Virus record (IMG/VR): IMGVR_UViG_3300050516_000005 | Origin: a virus | Reading direction: 5' to 3' (one strand) | Length of the DNA: 39,953 nt | In this document: piece after piece, positions 15,385 through 22,422 of the stretch | Layout of the letters: every line of letters starts with the position of its first letter | How positions within the stretch are numbered: position 1 is the first letter of the stretch | Made by a program: the position numbers and the translations under genes | The notes under the pieces: generated by a model | Told to the model about the DNA's origin: nothing | The model's input: the letters and a program-made list of their open reading frames with translations, nothing else | Database searches by the model: none

Positions 15385-15514
15385 CCCGAACGCATCGGCA
15401 CGGTTGAAACGCAAACATCCATGGCGTGGCTTCATCGAGCACCCGACCAGAGACCAGCAACGGACAGAGTACAATCACCCGGCGCTTCCTTCGAAACTCG
15501 CGAGGCCCATTTAA
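15362..15514 (+). CDS. Possible small basic protein (50 aa)
   Basis: Only in-frame ATG bridging to the next gene (TAATG overlap); weak. Confidence 0.3.
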   Translation: MTNTKQHDPNASARLKRKHPWRGFIEHPTRDQQRTEYNHPALPSKLARPI

Positions 15515-15714
15515 TGCACCGTGAAGAAGTCTTACCGCACGTGCTCCTGGACCTTTCCATTCGCGTTGAAACGGGCGCCAAACAGTACGGTGAGCGACTG
15601 GCTACATTTAATGGGCGAGACGCCCTAACCGATGCCTATGAGGAAGCCATGGATCTCGCCATGTACTTAAAGCAAGCCATTCTCGAACGCGACTCCTCCG
15701 GATCAAAACCATGA
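15514..15714 (+). CDS. Hypothetical helical protein (66 aa)
   Basis: GAKQYGERLATFNGRDALTDAYEEAMDLAMYLKQ recalls a small all-helical phage family; not assignable by eye. Confidence 0.5.
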   Translation: MHREEVLPHVLLDLSIRVETGAKQYGERLATFNGRDALTDAYEEAMDLAMYLKQAILERDSSGSKP

Positions 15715-15995
15715 CCATCGCAGGCTTTCTAACCGACGCACCCGCCGCAGCACATAACATCGTCAAGAAGATGTCGAAGTGCGGCAACAATCTCACCTGG
15801 TATGTATGGCACTCCGGGACCACCGTGAATATCTGCTCGGATATCTCCAAGACCGTGGTACCGGAATCCGATCTCATCGGCACGTACTGCTGGCGGCGTT
15901 CTGTCGAATCCCGTCCTACCGAATCTCAGATCGAAGACGACCTGAAAGCTGCTTACGATGAGATGTTTGTTTCTTTGTTTAGTGAGGTGAATTGA
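15711..15995 (+). CDS. Hypothetical protein (94 aa)
   Basis: ATGA coupling. Confidence 0.55.
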   Translation: MTIAGFLTDAPAAAHNIVKKMSKCGNNLTWYVWHSGTTVNICSDISKTVVPESDLIGTYCWRRSVESRPTESQIEDDLKAAYDEMFVSLFSEVN

Positions 15996-15996
15996 G

Positions 15997-16281
15997 ATGG
16001 CGTATGACAACAACCTAAGCGGCGTACTGTTCAAGAACGAACGTAAAGAGAAAGACACGCATCCGGATTACACCGGATCATGCGAGATCGATAGTCGCCA
16101 GTTTTGGGTATCGGCATGGCTTAAGGTGGGGAAGGAAGGTACCAAGAAAGCCGGGCAGAAATTCTTCAGTATGGCTTACAAGCCGAAGGACGACCCCAAC
16201 CAGGAATCGTCCGGGCAGACAAAGCAGCACCAGCAATCCTCCGCGCGCGATTCGCTTGACGACGACCCGATCCCTTTTTGA
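15997..16281 (+). CDS. Small SSB-like / DUF736-like protein with SSB-type acidic C-terminal tip
   Basis: C-terminus SLDDDPIPF resembles the bacterial SSB tip DDDIPF; Gln/Ser-rich linker; N-terminal GVLFKNERKEKDTHPDYTG...WVSAWLK; located just upstream of the primase-helicase gene. Confidence 0.5.
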   Translation: MAYDNNLSGVLFKNERKEKDTHPDYTGSCEIDSRQFWVSAWLKVGKEGTKKAGQKFFSMAYKPKDDPNQESSGQTKQHQQSSARDSLDDDPIPF

Positions 16282-16396
16282 CCGTCGCCAGACATAAGGC
16301 GTAGGATATACTTCACTTGCGGGGACAACTGGCGGCCACCAGCGTCCTGCCCGATACGGGACTCACCCGCGCTTTTTATGCCTTTCGGGAGGTTTC

Positions 16397-18475
16397 GTGG
16401 ATAAGCAAGACATTGCTGCCATCAAGGCGGCAAACCCTCTGGCCGATGTTGCTGGACGCTGGCTAGAGCTCAAGCGATCTGGTTCAAAACTTGTCTCGGT
16501 TTGCCCATTCCATCCTGACAATACACCGTCGCTGACCATATATCCGGACAATCATTTCCATTGCTATGGATGCGATGCCCATGGCGATGTCATTGATTTC
16601 GTCAGGAAAATAATGGATTGCGAGTTCTCTGAAGCCGTCGAGAAAATCTCCGGCAAGCGGCTTCCTAAGCCTAATGGGGTCAGGGCAAAGCTACCGCCGA
16701 TGCCAAAAAACGAATCAGACGAATGGGATGTCATGCCTTTCGTGCCTGACTTCGCTGATCCGTTCGACCCTTCTCGTGTGTGGAATCCGAACTGTTCGGA
16801 ATGGAAATCGTACGATCCAGAAAACGTTTACGTGTACGAGACGCCTGAAGGCATCGCCGGATACGTCATGCGCATGAACTGGAACGGTAACAAGGTATTC
16901 ACACCTGTAACCTACGCGACCAATGTAAAGACTGGAGAGATGTCTTGGGTAACCAAGGCTATGGCAGGGGAGCGCCCGCTGTATGGTCTGATGGATCTCA
17001 AGGCGCGTCCTGACGCTAAGGTCATTCTAGTCGAGGGTGAAAAGGCTAAAGAAGCGGCGGCAAGGCTTTTCCCTAAATATGTGACGGTTACTTGGTCCGG
17101 TGGTTCCAACGCCTATGGTAAGACCAGCATCATGCCCCTCGTCGGAAGGGATATCCTTCTGTGGCCGGATGCCGATGCGGCAGGCGTGAAGGCTATGCAT
17201 GCCATCGCCAATGCGCTTCACATGGAAGATAGCAGCAAGGTAAAGATCGTGGACGTTCAATCCCTTGAAAAGGGATACGATGCCGCAGACGCGGAAATCG
17301 ATAAAGAAACCAAAAACCTTGATGTCGTCAAATTACTCAAGGACCGGATCATCGATTACACGCCCGATCTTCCGATCCCGCCATCTCAAGATGAGGATTC
17401 GGACGATGTCGAGCCAGCCTCAATACCTAATTTCAGATTCACATCCGTTGCCAGTCTGATCGCCAACCCTCGTAAACCGGACTGGCTTGTCAAGAATATT
17501 CTTGAAGTCGATACCATATCGATGATTTTCTCCGATCCTGGCGTCGGCAAATCCTTCGTATCCGTCGATCTGGCCTGCTCGGTCGCCACGGGCCGCGATT
17601 GGAACGGCCACCGTGTCCAGAAAGGCCCAGTTGCCTATATCTGCGGCGAGGGACATAACGGGATGGCCCGGCGCTTCCGTGCCTGGGAGATCGCCCGCCA
17701 GACAGATCTCAAGAACGCACCCATCGTCATCAGCCACGGCCAGGCATCCCTAACCGATCAGGATTCCCTGGCGGCTGTCCTTCGCGCCATCAAGATCCTC
17801 GAAGCCGAGCTATCCGAGCCACCCAAACTCGTGGTCGTGGACACGGTTGCACGAACCTTCGGGCCGGGCAACGAGAACTCCACTCAGGATATGGGTATCT
17901 ACGTCCAGGCCATCGACGCCATCAGGCACGCTACAGGCGCCGCCGTACTACTTTGCCACCATACCCTCAGGGATCGGAACGAGAAACACCGTGCGCGCGG
18001 CTCCATGGCCCTTACCGCCGCCTTGGACTTTGAGTATGCCATCACTCAACAAGGACCCAAGGAAGACGGGGTCATCGTTGTTGCTAACAAGAAGTGCAAG
18101 GACCACGAACCGCCCAAGGACATTGCCCTGAAATTTGCCACCGTCGATCTGGATATGACCGACGATGAGGGTGATTCGGTCACCTCAGCGGTCCTCAATC
18201 TGACCGTGATCGAGAAAAATCCCGAGGGTGATTACACCAATGAGAAGGGTGAAAGGGTGACCGATTCATCCACATTACTTAACCTATTGAGGGATTACGG
18301 TATGCAAAATGGGTCAACGATTTCACTCCATCGTGACGAGCTTGCCACCCATTTCAAGGATCACACAGGCAAGAAACAGGCGGCTTTCAGAGCGTCCTTG
18401 AAGCGACTCAAGGAGGCAAAAAAGGTCCACGAGATCGGCGAATTTATCCAGCTTTCCCTCGCCGCATTTACATAA
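16397..18475 (+). CDS. Primase / Toprim / RepA-like (RecA-fold) helicase fusion protein
   Basis: CHC2 zinc finger CPFHPDNTPSLTIYPDNHFHCYGCDAHGDVIDF; Toprim ILVEGEKAKEAA ... LLWPDADAAG; Walker A SDPGVGKSF, Walker B LVVVDTVAR; GTG start after GGGAGG. Confidence 0.9.
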   Translation: MDKQDIAAIKAANPLADVAGRWLELKRSGSKLVSVCPFHPDNTPSLTIYPDNHFHCYGCDAHGDVIDFVRKIMDCEFSEAVEKISGKRLPKPNGVRAKLPPMPKNESDEWDVMPFVPDFADPFDPSRVWNPNCSEWKSYDPENVYVYETPEGIAGYVMRMNWNGNKVFTPVTYATNVKTGEMSWVTKAMAGERPLYGLMDLKARPDAKVILVEGEKAKEAAARLFPKYVTVTWSGGSNAYGKTSIMPLVGRDILLWPDADAAGVKAMHAIANALHMEDSSKVKIVDVQSLEKGYDAADAEIDKETKNLDVVKLLKDRIIDYTPDLPIPPSQDEDSDDVEPASIPNFRFTSVASLIANPRKPDWLVKNILEVDTISMIFSDPGVGKSFVSVDLACSVATGRDWNGHRVQKGPVAYICGEGHNGMARRFRAWEIARQTDLKNAPIVISHGQASLTDQDSLAAVLRAIKILEAELSEPPKLVVVDTVARTFGPGNENSTQDMGIYVQAIDAIRHATGAAVLLCHHTLRDRNEKHRARGSMALTAALDFEYAITQQGPKEDGVIVVANKKCKDHEPPKDIALKFATVDLDMTDDEGDSVTSAVLNLTVIEKNPEGDYTNEKGERVTDSSTLLNLLRDYGMQNGSTISLHRDELATHFKDHTGKKQAAFRASLKRLKEAKKVHEIGEFIQLSLAAFT

Positions 18476-18490
18476 ACAGAAGCTGAATTA

Positions 18491-18634
18491 GGCGTTACAA
18501 ACTGGGCGTTACAGGCGTTACAAACTTCCCGGCTACCCCGTTACAAACCCCGTTACAAAATCCTCCCCCTGTAAGGGGGGATTTTAGTAACGGTGTAACG
18601 GTAGGGCGTTACATGTAACGCTTGTTGTAACGCC
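18491..18634. repeat. Iteron array: five direct (C/G)CGTTACA(A/G) copies, then four or five inverted copies (incl. palindrome GCGTTACATGTAACGC at 18606..18621 and TTGTAACGCC at 18625..18634); candidate replication origin
   Basis: GTTACA(A/G) at 18494, 18508, 18517, 18540, 18552; GTAAC/TGTAAC at 18587, 18594, 18614, 18625; directly downstream of the primase-helicase gene. Confidence 0.65.
18557..18585 (+). terminator. GC-rich hairpin AAAATCCTCCCCC-tgtaa-GGGGGGATTTT at the centre of the iteron palindrome; probable intrinsic terminator
   Basis: Read directly; one bulged T; followed by a U-run on the plus strand and preceded by an A-run (could act bidirectionally). Confidence 0.5.
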
Positions 18635-18661
18635 TACCCCGAAAACAAAGAGGACCGAACC

Positions 18662-18913
18662 ATGATCAAGGTCAACAAAATTAAACCCGAGCAAGCCCTG
18701 GCTATGCAGCTGGTCAACCAGATCTGCGACCTCCAGGAAGACCTTGGCCACATGCCGTACAACGTCGAGGCAATCCATGGTGAACTGATGGATGGAGGAT
18801 TAGCCGATCAAATTGATGACACCGGCGCTCAGCTGACCAAGGAGGTTCATCAGAAAATTGGACGACTTACGGAGAGGCTGTCTCAGGCGCTTAAGCTGGC
18901 CGACCCGATCTGA
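18662..18913 (+). CDS. Hypothetical acidic protein (83 aa)
   Basis: ATG preceded by AAAGAGG. Confidence 0.6.
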   Translation: MIKVNKIKPEQALAMQLVNQICDLQEDLGHMPYNVEAIHGELMDGGLADQIDDTGAQLTKEVHQKIGRLTERLSQALKLADPI

Positions 18914-18980
18914 ACCTTTCCCATCGCGCTTCGTATCACTGTGAGACGAAATCGATATAAGTCGAAGTTACCGGGTAATG

Positions 18981-18989
18981 TGCTATCAT
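18981..18989 (+). promoter_or_regulatory. Extended -10 promoter candidate TGcTATCAT
   Basis: Fits TGnTATAAT at 5 of 6 positions plus TG; 27 nt upstream of ATG 19016; no good -35. Confidence 0.3.
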
Positions 18990-19015
18990 CCAGGCACCGA
19001 AAACGAGGATGAGCG

Positions 19016-19276
19016 ATGAGCAAGGGTTCTGAGGCCGTAGCGAGGCACCGCCAGTCGAAGCTAGGCGCCGGTTGGGTGCGCATTGATGGCCTGTTGCCTC
19101 CTGAGAGCGCGAAGGCGGCCCGCGCGATGGTTGAGTGCGGTGAGGCTACCAGTCTGATCCACGCGGCCGCTGTGGCGCTTTCTGCGCGTCTTGAGGGTTA
19201 TGCCTTGGATCACGGCATTCATAAGTACGACAAAAATTGCAAATTCTGCAATCCGCCTCTTGACATTACCGGCTAA
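19016..19276 (+). CDS. Possible ribbon-helix-helix type DNA-binding regulator (86 aa)
   Basis: N-terminus SEAVARHRQSKLGAGWVRIDGLLPPESAKAARAMV resembles the S.AeRq.ryR.r....G..rv.vwvP.e pattern of small RHH regulators. Confidence 0.35.
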   Translation: MSKGSEAVARHRQSKLGAGWVRIDGLLPPESAKAARAMVECGEATSLIHAAAVALSARLEGYALDHGIHKYDKNCKFCNPPLDITG

Positions 19277-19318
19277 GCCCGTATCATTCCTACCACACCA
19301 ACCGCATCGGATGAGACC

Positions 19319-19504
19319 ATGCTGAACTTCACCTCCCGCGCCAACGACCTGCCGCCGCTTGACTTCAACCCGGACCCGAATGTGGTCGCCCGTGCGCGGG
19401 TGGCGCTTATCGTTCATACGGCAAAGCAGAACCAGCGGGATATGGCGTGGGCCGACCGTCTGGCTGAGATCGAGATTGAGAGGGCGTTGGAGGGGTTGGT
19501 GTGA
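19319..19504 (+). CDS. Hypothetical protein (61 aa)
   Basis: ORF coupled to the next gene. Confidence 0.5.
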   Translation: MLNFTSRANDLPPLDFNPDPNVVARARVALIVHTAKQNQRDMAWADRLAEIEIERALEGLV

Positions 19505-19674
19505 TGTGGATGAATGCAGCGGAAATCATGGCTGTTCTAAAAACTAAAAATGAGCTTAGGGATCAGCGGGAAAAAAAGCTTGAGGCAGCCAAAAGGCGAA
19601 TGCTTGATCGCATGAGGGAGGGTGACCACATGGACGGCGACGGCCTGGTCAGTTATCCGAAGGATGGTGAGTGA
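19504..19674 (+). CDS. Hypothetical small charged protein (56 aa, below cutoff)
   Basis: MWMNAAEIMAVLKTKNELRDQREKKLEAAKRRMLDRMREGDHMDGDGLVSYPKDGE; TGATG overlaps at both ends. Confidence 0.5.
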   Translation: MWMNAAEIMAVLKTKNELRDQREKKLEAAKRRMLDRMREGDHMDGDGLVSYPKDGE

Positions 19675-19922
19675 TGGACCAAGGCAAGCCACACATCTTT
19701 TTCAGTGCCGGAAGGTGGCTGTGCGGGCACGGTTTTTATAAGTGCTCTGGACAATCACCTATGCACGCTTATCGTTTTTGGCAGACCGTCCAGCAGAGTA
19801 AGATCGATTACCTGAAAAAGCATCTGCAATGGATAAATACGGCAAACAATCTTACATTGCCTGATGGGCTTATCATCCGCTACCATAAACCCAGTCCTGC
19901 CGCGCCCGCCGCGAAGGATTAG
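19674..19922 (+). CDS. Hypothetical protein (82 aa)
   Basis: TGATG coupling; followed by a terminator. Confidence 0.55.
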   Translation: MDQGKPHIFFSAGRWLCGHGFYKCSGQSPMHAYRFWQTVQQSKIDYLKKHLQWINTANNLTLPDGLIIRYHKPSPAAPAAKD

Positions 19923-19937
19923 CTGCCCCCTGATGTG

Positions 19938-19970
19938 CCCCTCATCCCACGGATGGGGGTGGCGATTTTT
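19938..19970 (+). terminator. Intrinsic terminator CCCC(T)CATCC-cac-GGATGGGGG followed by ATTTTT
   Basis: Read directly, 16 nt after the stop of 19674..19922. Confidence 0.55.
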
Positions 19971-19990
19971 AACGACGATGAGGAAATGAG

Positions 19991-20278
19991 ATGAGCGAAG
20001 TTAACTACACAAGTCAGCCTGCCATCGCTCCCGAGGGTCCCGTTTTTAGTGCGCTGTCCATCACCAACGGCAAGATCAGTCATATCGATGAAGCACTTTC
20101 TCAGCTTGAAGATGCTATCGAACTGGCTCTTAAGGGTAAGTCACCGGTTGAGGCCAAGGGCCTTCCCCCTTCGGTCATCCCGGCAACCGTCCTAGTGGGT
20201 CGCATTGAAGACATCAACGAGCGTCTTGGGTCTACGCTAACCCGAATTAACGAGATGGTGTTTCGGGTTCATCTGTAA
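19991..20278 (+). CDS. Hypothetical protein (95 aa), isolated between two terminator-like hairpins
   Basis: ATG preceded by GAGGAAATGAG; no motif recognised. Confidence 0.55.
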   Translation: MSEVNYTSQPAIAPEGPVFSALSITNGKISHIDEALSQLEDAIELALKGKSPVEAKGLPPSVIPATVLVGRIEDINERLGSTLTRINEMVFRVHL

Positions 20279-20650
20279 TATTCGCGTGCCGCCCTTCACG
20301 CGATAAGGGCTCTAATAAGGCTGTTGGCATCGAGCCGGTAAGTGGATTGCGCAATCTCGCCAGCAGCCTTACTAGGACCGGAATGCGCAGGCTGATGCGC
20401 TCTACTTGGCAGTAATAGCGGGAAAGCCTAGTCCTAAAAACCCGTAAGCCGGAGATAATCACCGGCCCGGTCCACCTAATTTGAAATGGTTGCCCGCTGT
20501 GGCTCCCGAAAGAGTCCAATACAAGCATCAAGAGGCAAGCCGGACAATCCTTACCGCCACCATTTCCGGCCACCCGTCGCCGCCGCGAGGCTCTCCTAAC
20601 ACGGGAGCCTTTCTTTTTGCTACCATTCGTGCAACCGATGGGGATAATCG
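20279..20650 (+). other. ORF-poor, hairpin-rich leader of the late operon (candidate terminated leader RNA, ncRNA or pac region)
   Basis: No plausible protein ORF. Hairpin 20283..20302 (CGCGTG/CACGCG). 12-bp helix 20317..20328 with 20359..20370. GCGCA/TGCGC, GCCGG/CCGGC and GCCGGA/TCCGGC stems. AAGCCGGA repeated at 20446 and 20537. Terminator at the 3' end. Confidence 0.4.
20588..20618 (+). terminator. Intrinsic terminator AGGCTC(T)CC-taacac-GGGAGCCT followed by TTCTTTTT
   Basis: Read directly; 33 nt upstream of the first late-operon ATG. Confidence 0.65.
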
Positions 20651-21979
20651 ATGCCGCGCGTCCTTACAGCCTACGTCTCAGACTTCCAGCGCGACCGCGT
20701 ACACCGGTCCGACTTCTATCGCGGTGAGTCACGTATTTACTCCGCCGAGTTCCGCGCAGTCATCCCCGAAGCCCAGTCCATCGCTTACGTCGAATGGCGC
20801 TGTGACCGACCTGACGTCACGATTATGTCGGATGCCACGTGTGACTCGCATTCATCTGCGGTGGCGCTCGTGGCTGGTTCGCCTGGCCTTGGCACCATGA
20901 AGGCCCAGGCCGTGCTCACCGATGGCTCGGTGGTCAATCAGATGTTCGTCGTGGGGGTCAACCCATCGCCGTGGTACACGGGCGAATCCGGCGTCGTGAC
21001 ACAGGGTGCGACGTATCTGAGGGCGGATAACTCGGGACTGCTACAGATCTTCGGCGATGCCCCCTCGGGCACGGTGGGTCAGAACTATAGCTATACGTAT
21101 ACGGCGGCTGGCGGGTCGGGTGACTATGTGTTCACCATCGCATCCGGTTCGATTCCGCCAGGCCTTCTGTTGTCCACGAATGGTGTTCTGTCAGGTATCC
21201 CTACGGTGCAGGGTAATTTCAGCTGGACGGTGAAGGTGCAGGATTCATCGTTTGCCACGCGCACGAAACCTGACTCTGCATCCATCGCGGCCAAAGCGAC
21301 GTATCAGGATTACATCGTCTCGCAGGGTCCTGACCTCTATTACCCGATGAGTGACACGGACTCGGTGTGTCGTGAACTGATTCAGAACCTCAATGGGTCG
21401 TATACAGGATTGACGATTACCCGGCAGCGCCCTTCGCTTATGCCTAACGGGCAGGGGTTCGCTGCTCAGTTCGTCGCAATGACGGATTATGTGTCAATCC
21501 CGATTAATTCGGTCCTTTCTAATTACAACAAGCCACTGACCATCGAATGGTGGGGTAATTTCGCTGCTAATCCCGAAAATGGATCGGGTGTTAGTATTAT
21601 TCAGAGCGCTAATGACAACGACAGAACGATTTATGCTGCGCTACGATATGACCGGCAGGCTGAAGCAGGATCGTTAGGCGCGAGTTCGAATAATCTTGTC
21701 ACGGGGAATGGCGGTCCGCTCATTGCTGCTACCAGTCAGTATTTCGCCATTGTATTTGGACTGACCGATACGCGTATTTATCGTAATGGCACGCTTTATT
21801 ACACTCAGCCAGCGCCGATTAACGCGATTTCAGCCTCGGCAACCGCTTATCGATTGATGGGTCCGTATATTTCTACCCAGCCATCCATTCCTACCCGAAC
21901 GTTGCAGAATCTAGCTGTTTACACCCGGGCGCTGACGGCATCGGATGTGATGGCTCACTACACCGCAGGATCGACGTAA
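20651..21979 (+). CDS. Ig-like (bacterial Ig/cadherin-like) plus LamG/ConA-like lectin domain protein
   Basis: GQNYSYTYTAAGGSGDYVFTIASGSIPPGLLLSTNGVLSGIPTVQGNFSWTVKVQD is a classic putative-Ig-domain repeat. C-terminal ...YRLMG...LQNLAVYTRALTASDVMAHYTAG is a LamG-type ending. Confidence 0.65.
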   Translation: MPRVLTAYVSDFQRDRVHRSDFYRGESRIYSAEFRAVIPEAQSIAYVEWRCDRPDVTIMSDATCDSHSSAVALVAGSPGLGTMKAQAVLTDGSVVNQMFVVGVNPSPWYTGESGVVTQGATYLRADNSGLLQIFGDAPSGTVGQNYSYTYTAAGGSGDYVFTIASGSIPPGLLLSTNGVLSGIPTVQGNFSWTVKVQDSSFATRTKPDSASIAAKATYQDYIVSQGPDLYYPMSDTDSVCRELIQNLNGSYTGLTITRQRPSLMPNGQGFAAQFVAMTDYVSIPINSVLSNYNKPLTIEWWGNFAANPENGSGVSIIQSANDNDRTIYAALRYDRQAEAGSLGASSNNLVTGNGGPLIAATSQYFAIVFGLTDTRIYRNGTLYYTQPAPINAISASATAYRLMGPYISTQPSIPTRTLQNLAVYTRALTASDVMAHYTAGST

Positions 21980-22422
21980 TGCCCATGCCTAATTCATACG
22001 ATCCCGAAATTTTCGATGAGATCATCGAGAAGATCCGCGATAATGGCTGGATCAAGGTCATCCTTGAGGAAGGCCGCGCCGAGGGACTTCCGTACCCCAC
22101 GTACCAGACTTGGCGCACGAACTGGATGCTGCGTGAGGGTAACGGCGAGAAGTTCGATGATGCTCGGGCGGATTACGCGAATAAGCTAGGGTTTGAGATC
22201 ATCGCGAAGGCGGATAACCGTAGCGACCATCCGGCGCACAATTCGAATTCGATCAAAGCCAGGATGTGGGTAGCCGAGCGTCTGAATCGCAAGCAGTGGG
22301 GCGCGCAGCAGACGATCACACATGAGGGTAACCTTCAGAAACTCACGCCTGAGCAGCTTCAGGAACAGATCGATGCGCTTTTGAGGGAAGCGGAACATGG
22401 CAGCGGTTCTGACGGAGAGTAA
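21979..22422 (+). CDS. terS: Terminase small subunit (candidate)
   Basis: Position immediately upstream of and overlapping TerL; size 147 aa; NSIKARMWVAERLNRKQWG resembles small-terminase C-terminal motifs. Confidence 0.55.
   Translation: MPMPNSYDPEIFDEIIEKIRDNGWIKVILEEGRAEGLPYPTYQTWRTNWMLREGNGEKFDDARADYANKLGFEIIAKADNRSDHPAHNSNSIKARMWVAERLNRKQWGAQQTITHEGNLQKLTPEQLQEQIDALLREAEHGSGSDGE

Noticed and set aside
15421-15513. Longer start (15421) for the 97-aa track ORF, and similar N-terminal extensions (7415, 7644, 10952, 11166, 11441, 11635, 14443, 15002, 15196, 31152, 37069, 38279)
   Set aside because: Each extension overlaps the upstream gene substantially and has odd composition. An internal ATG or GTG forms a 1- or 4-nt overlap with the upstream stop, often with an SD.
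18491-18634. Could the GTTACAA repeats be a CRISPR array?
   Set aside because: The repeat units are only 7-10 bp, and spacing is irregular (2-16 bp). Half the copies are inverted, and there are no cas genes. The pattern fits iterons or operators.
20279-20650. tRNA or tmRNA in this or other intergenic gaps (16282..16396, 18914..19015, 19923..19990)
   Set aside because: There is no GTTCRANYC T-loop or cloverleaf with a 7-bp acceptor stem. The long helix here is 12 bp, which is incompatible with a tRNA. This was checked by eye only; tRNAscan-SE or ARAGORN would be definitive.
20247-20900. ORFs 20247..20573 (-) and 20481..20900 (+) in the late leader
   Set aside because: Both translations are Pro/Ser/Arg-rich with no SD. 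The plus-strand ORF uses a TTG start and runs through the terminator into the next gene out of frame. The region is better explained as non-coding.
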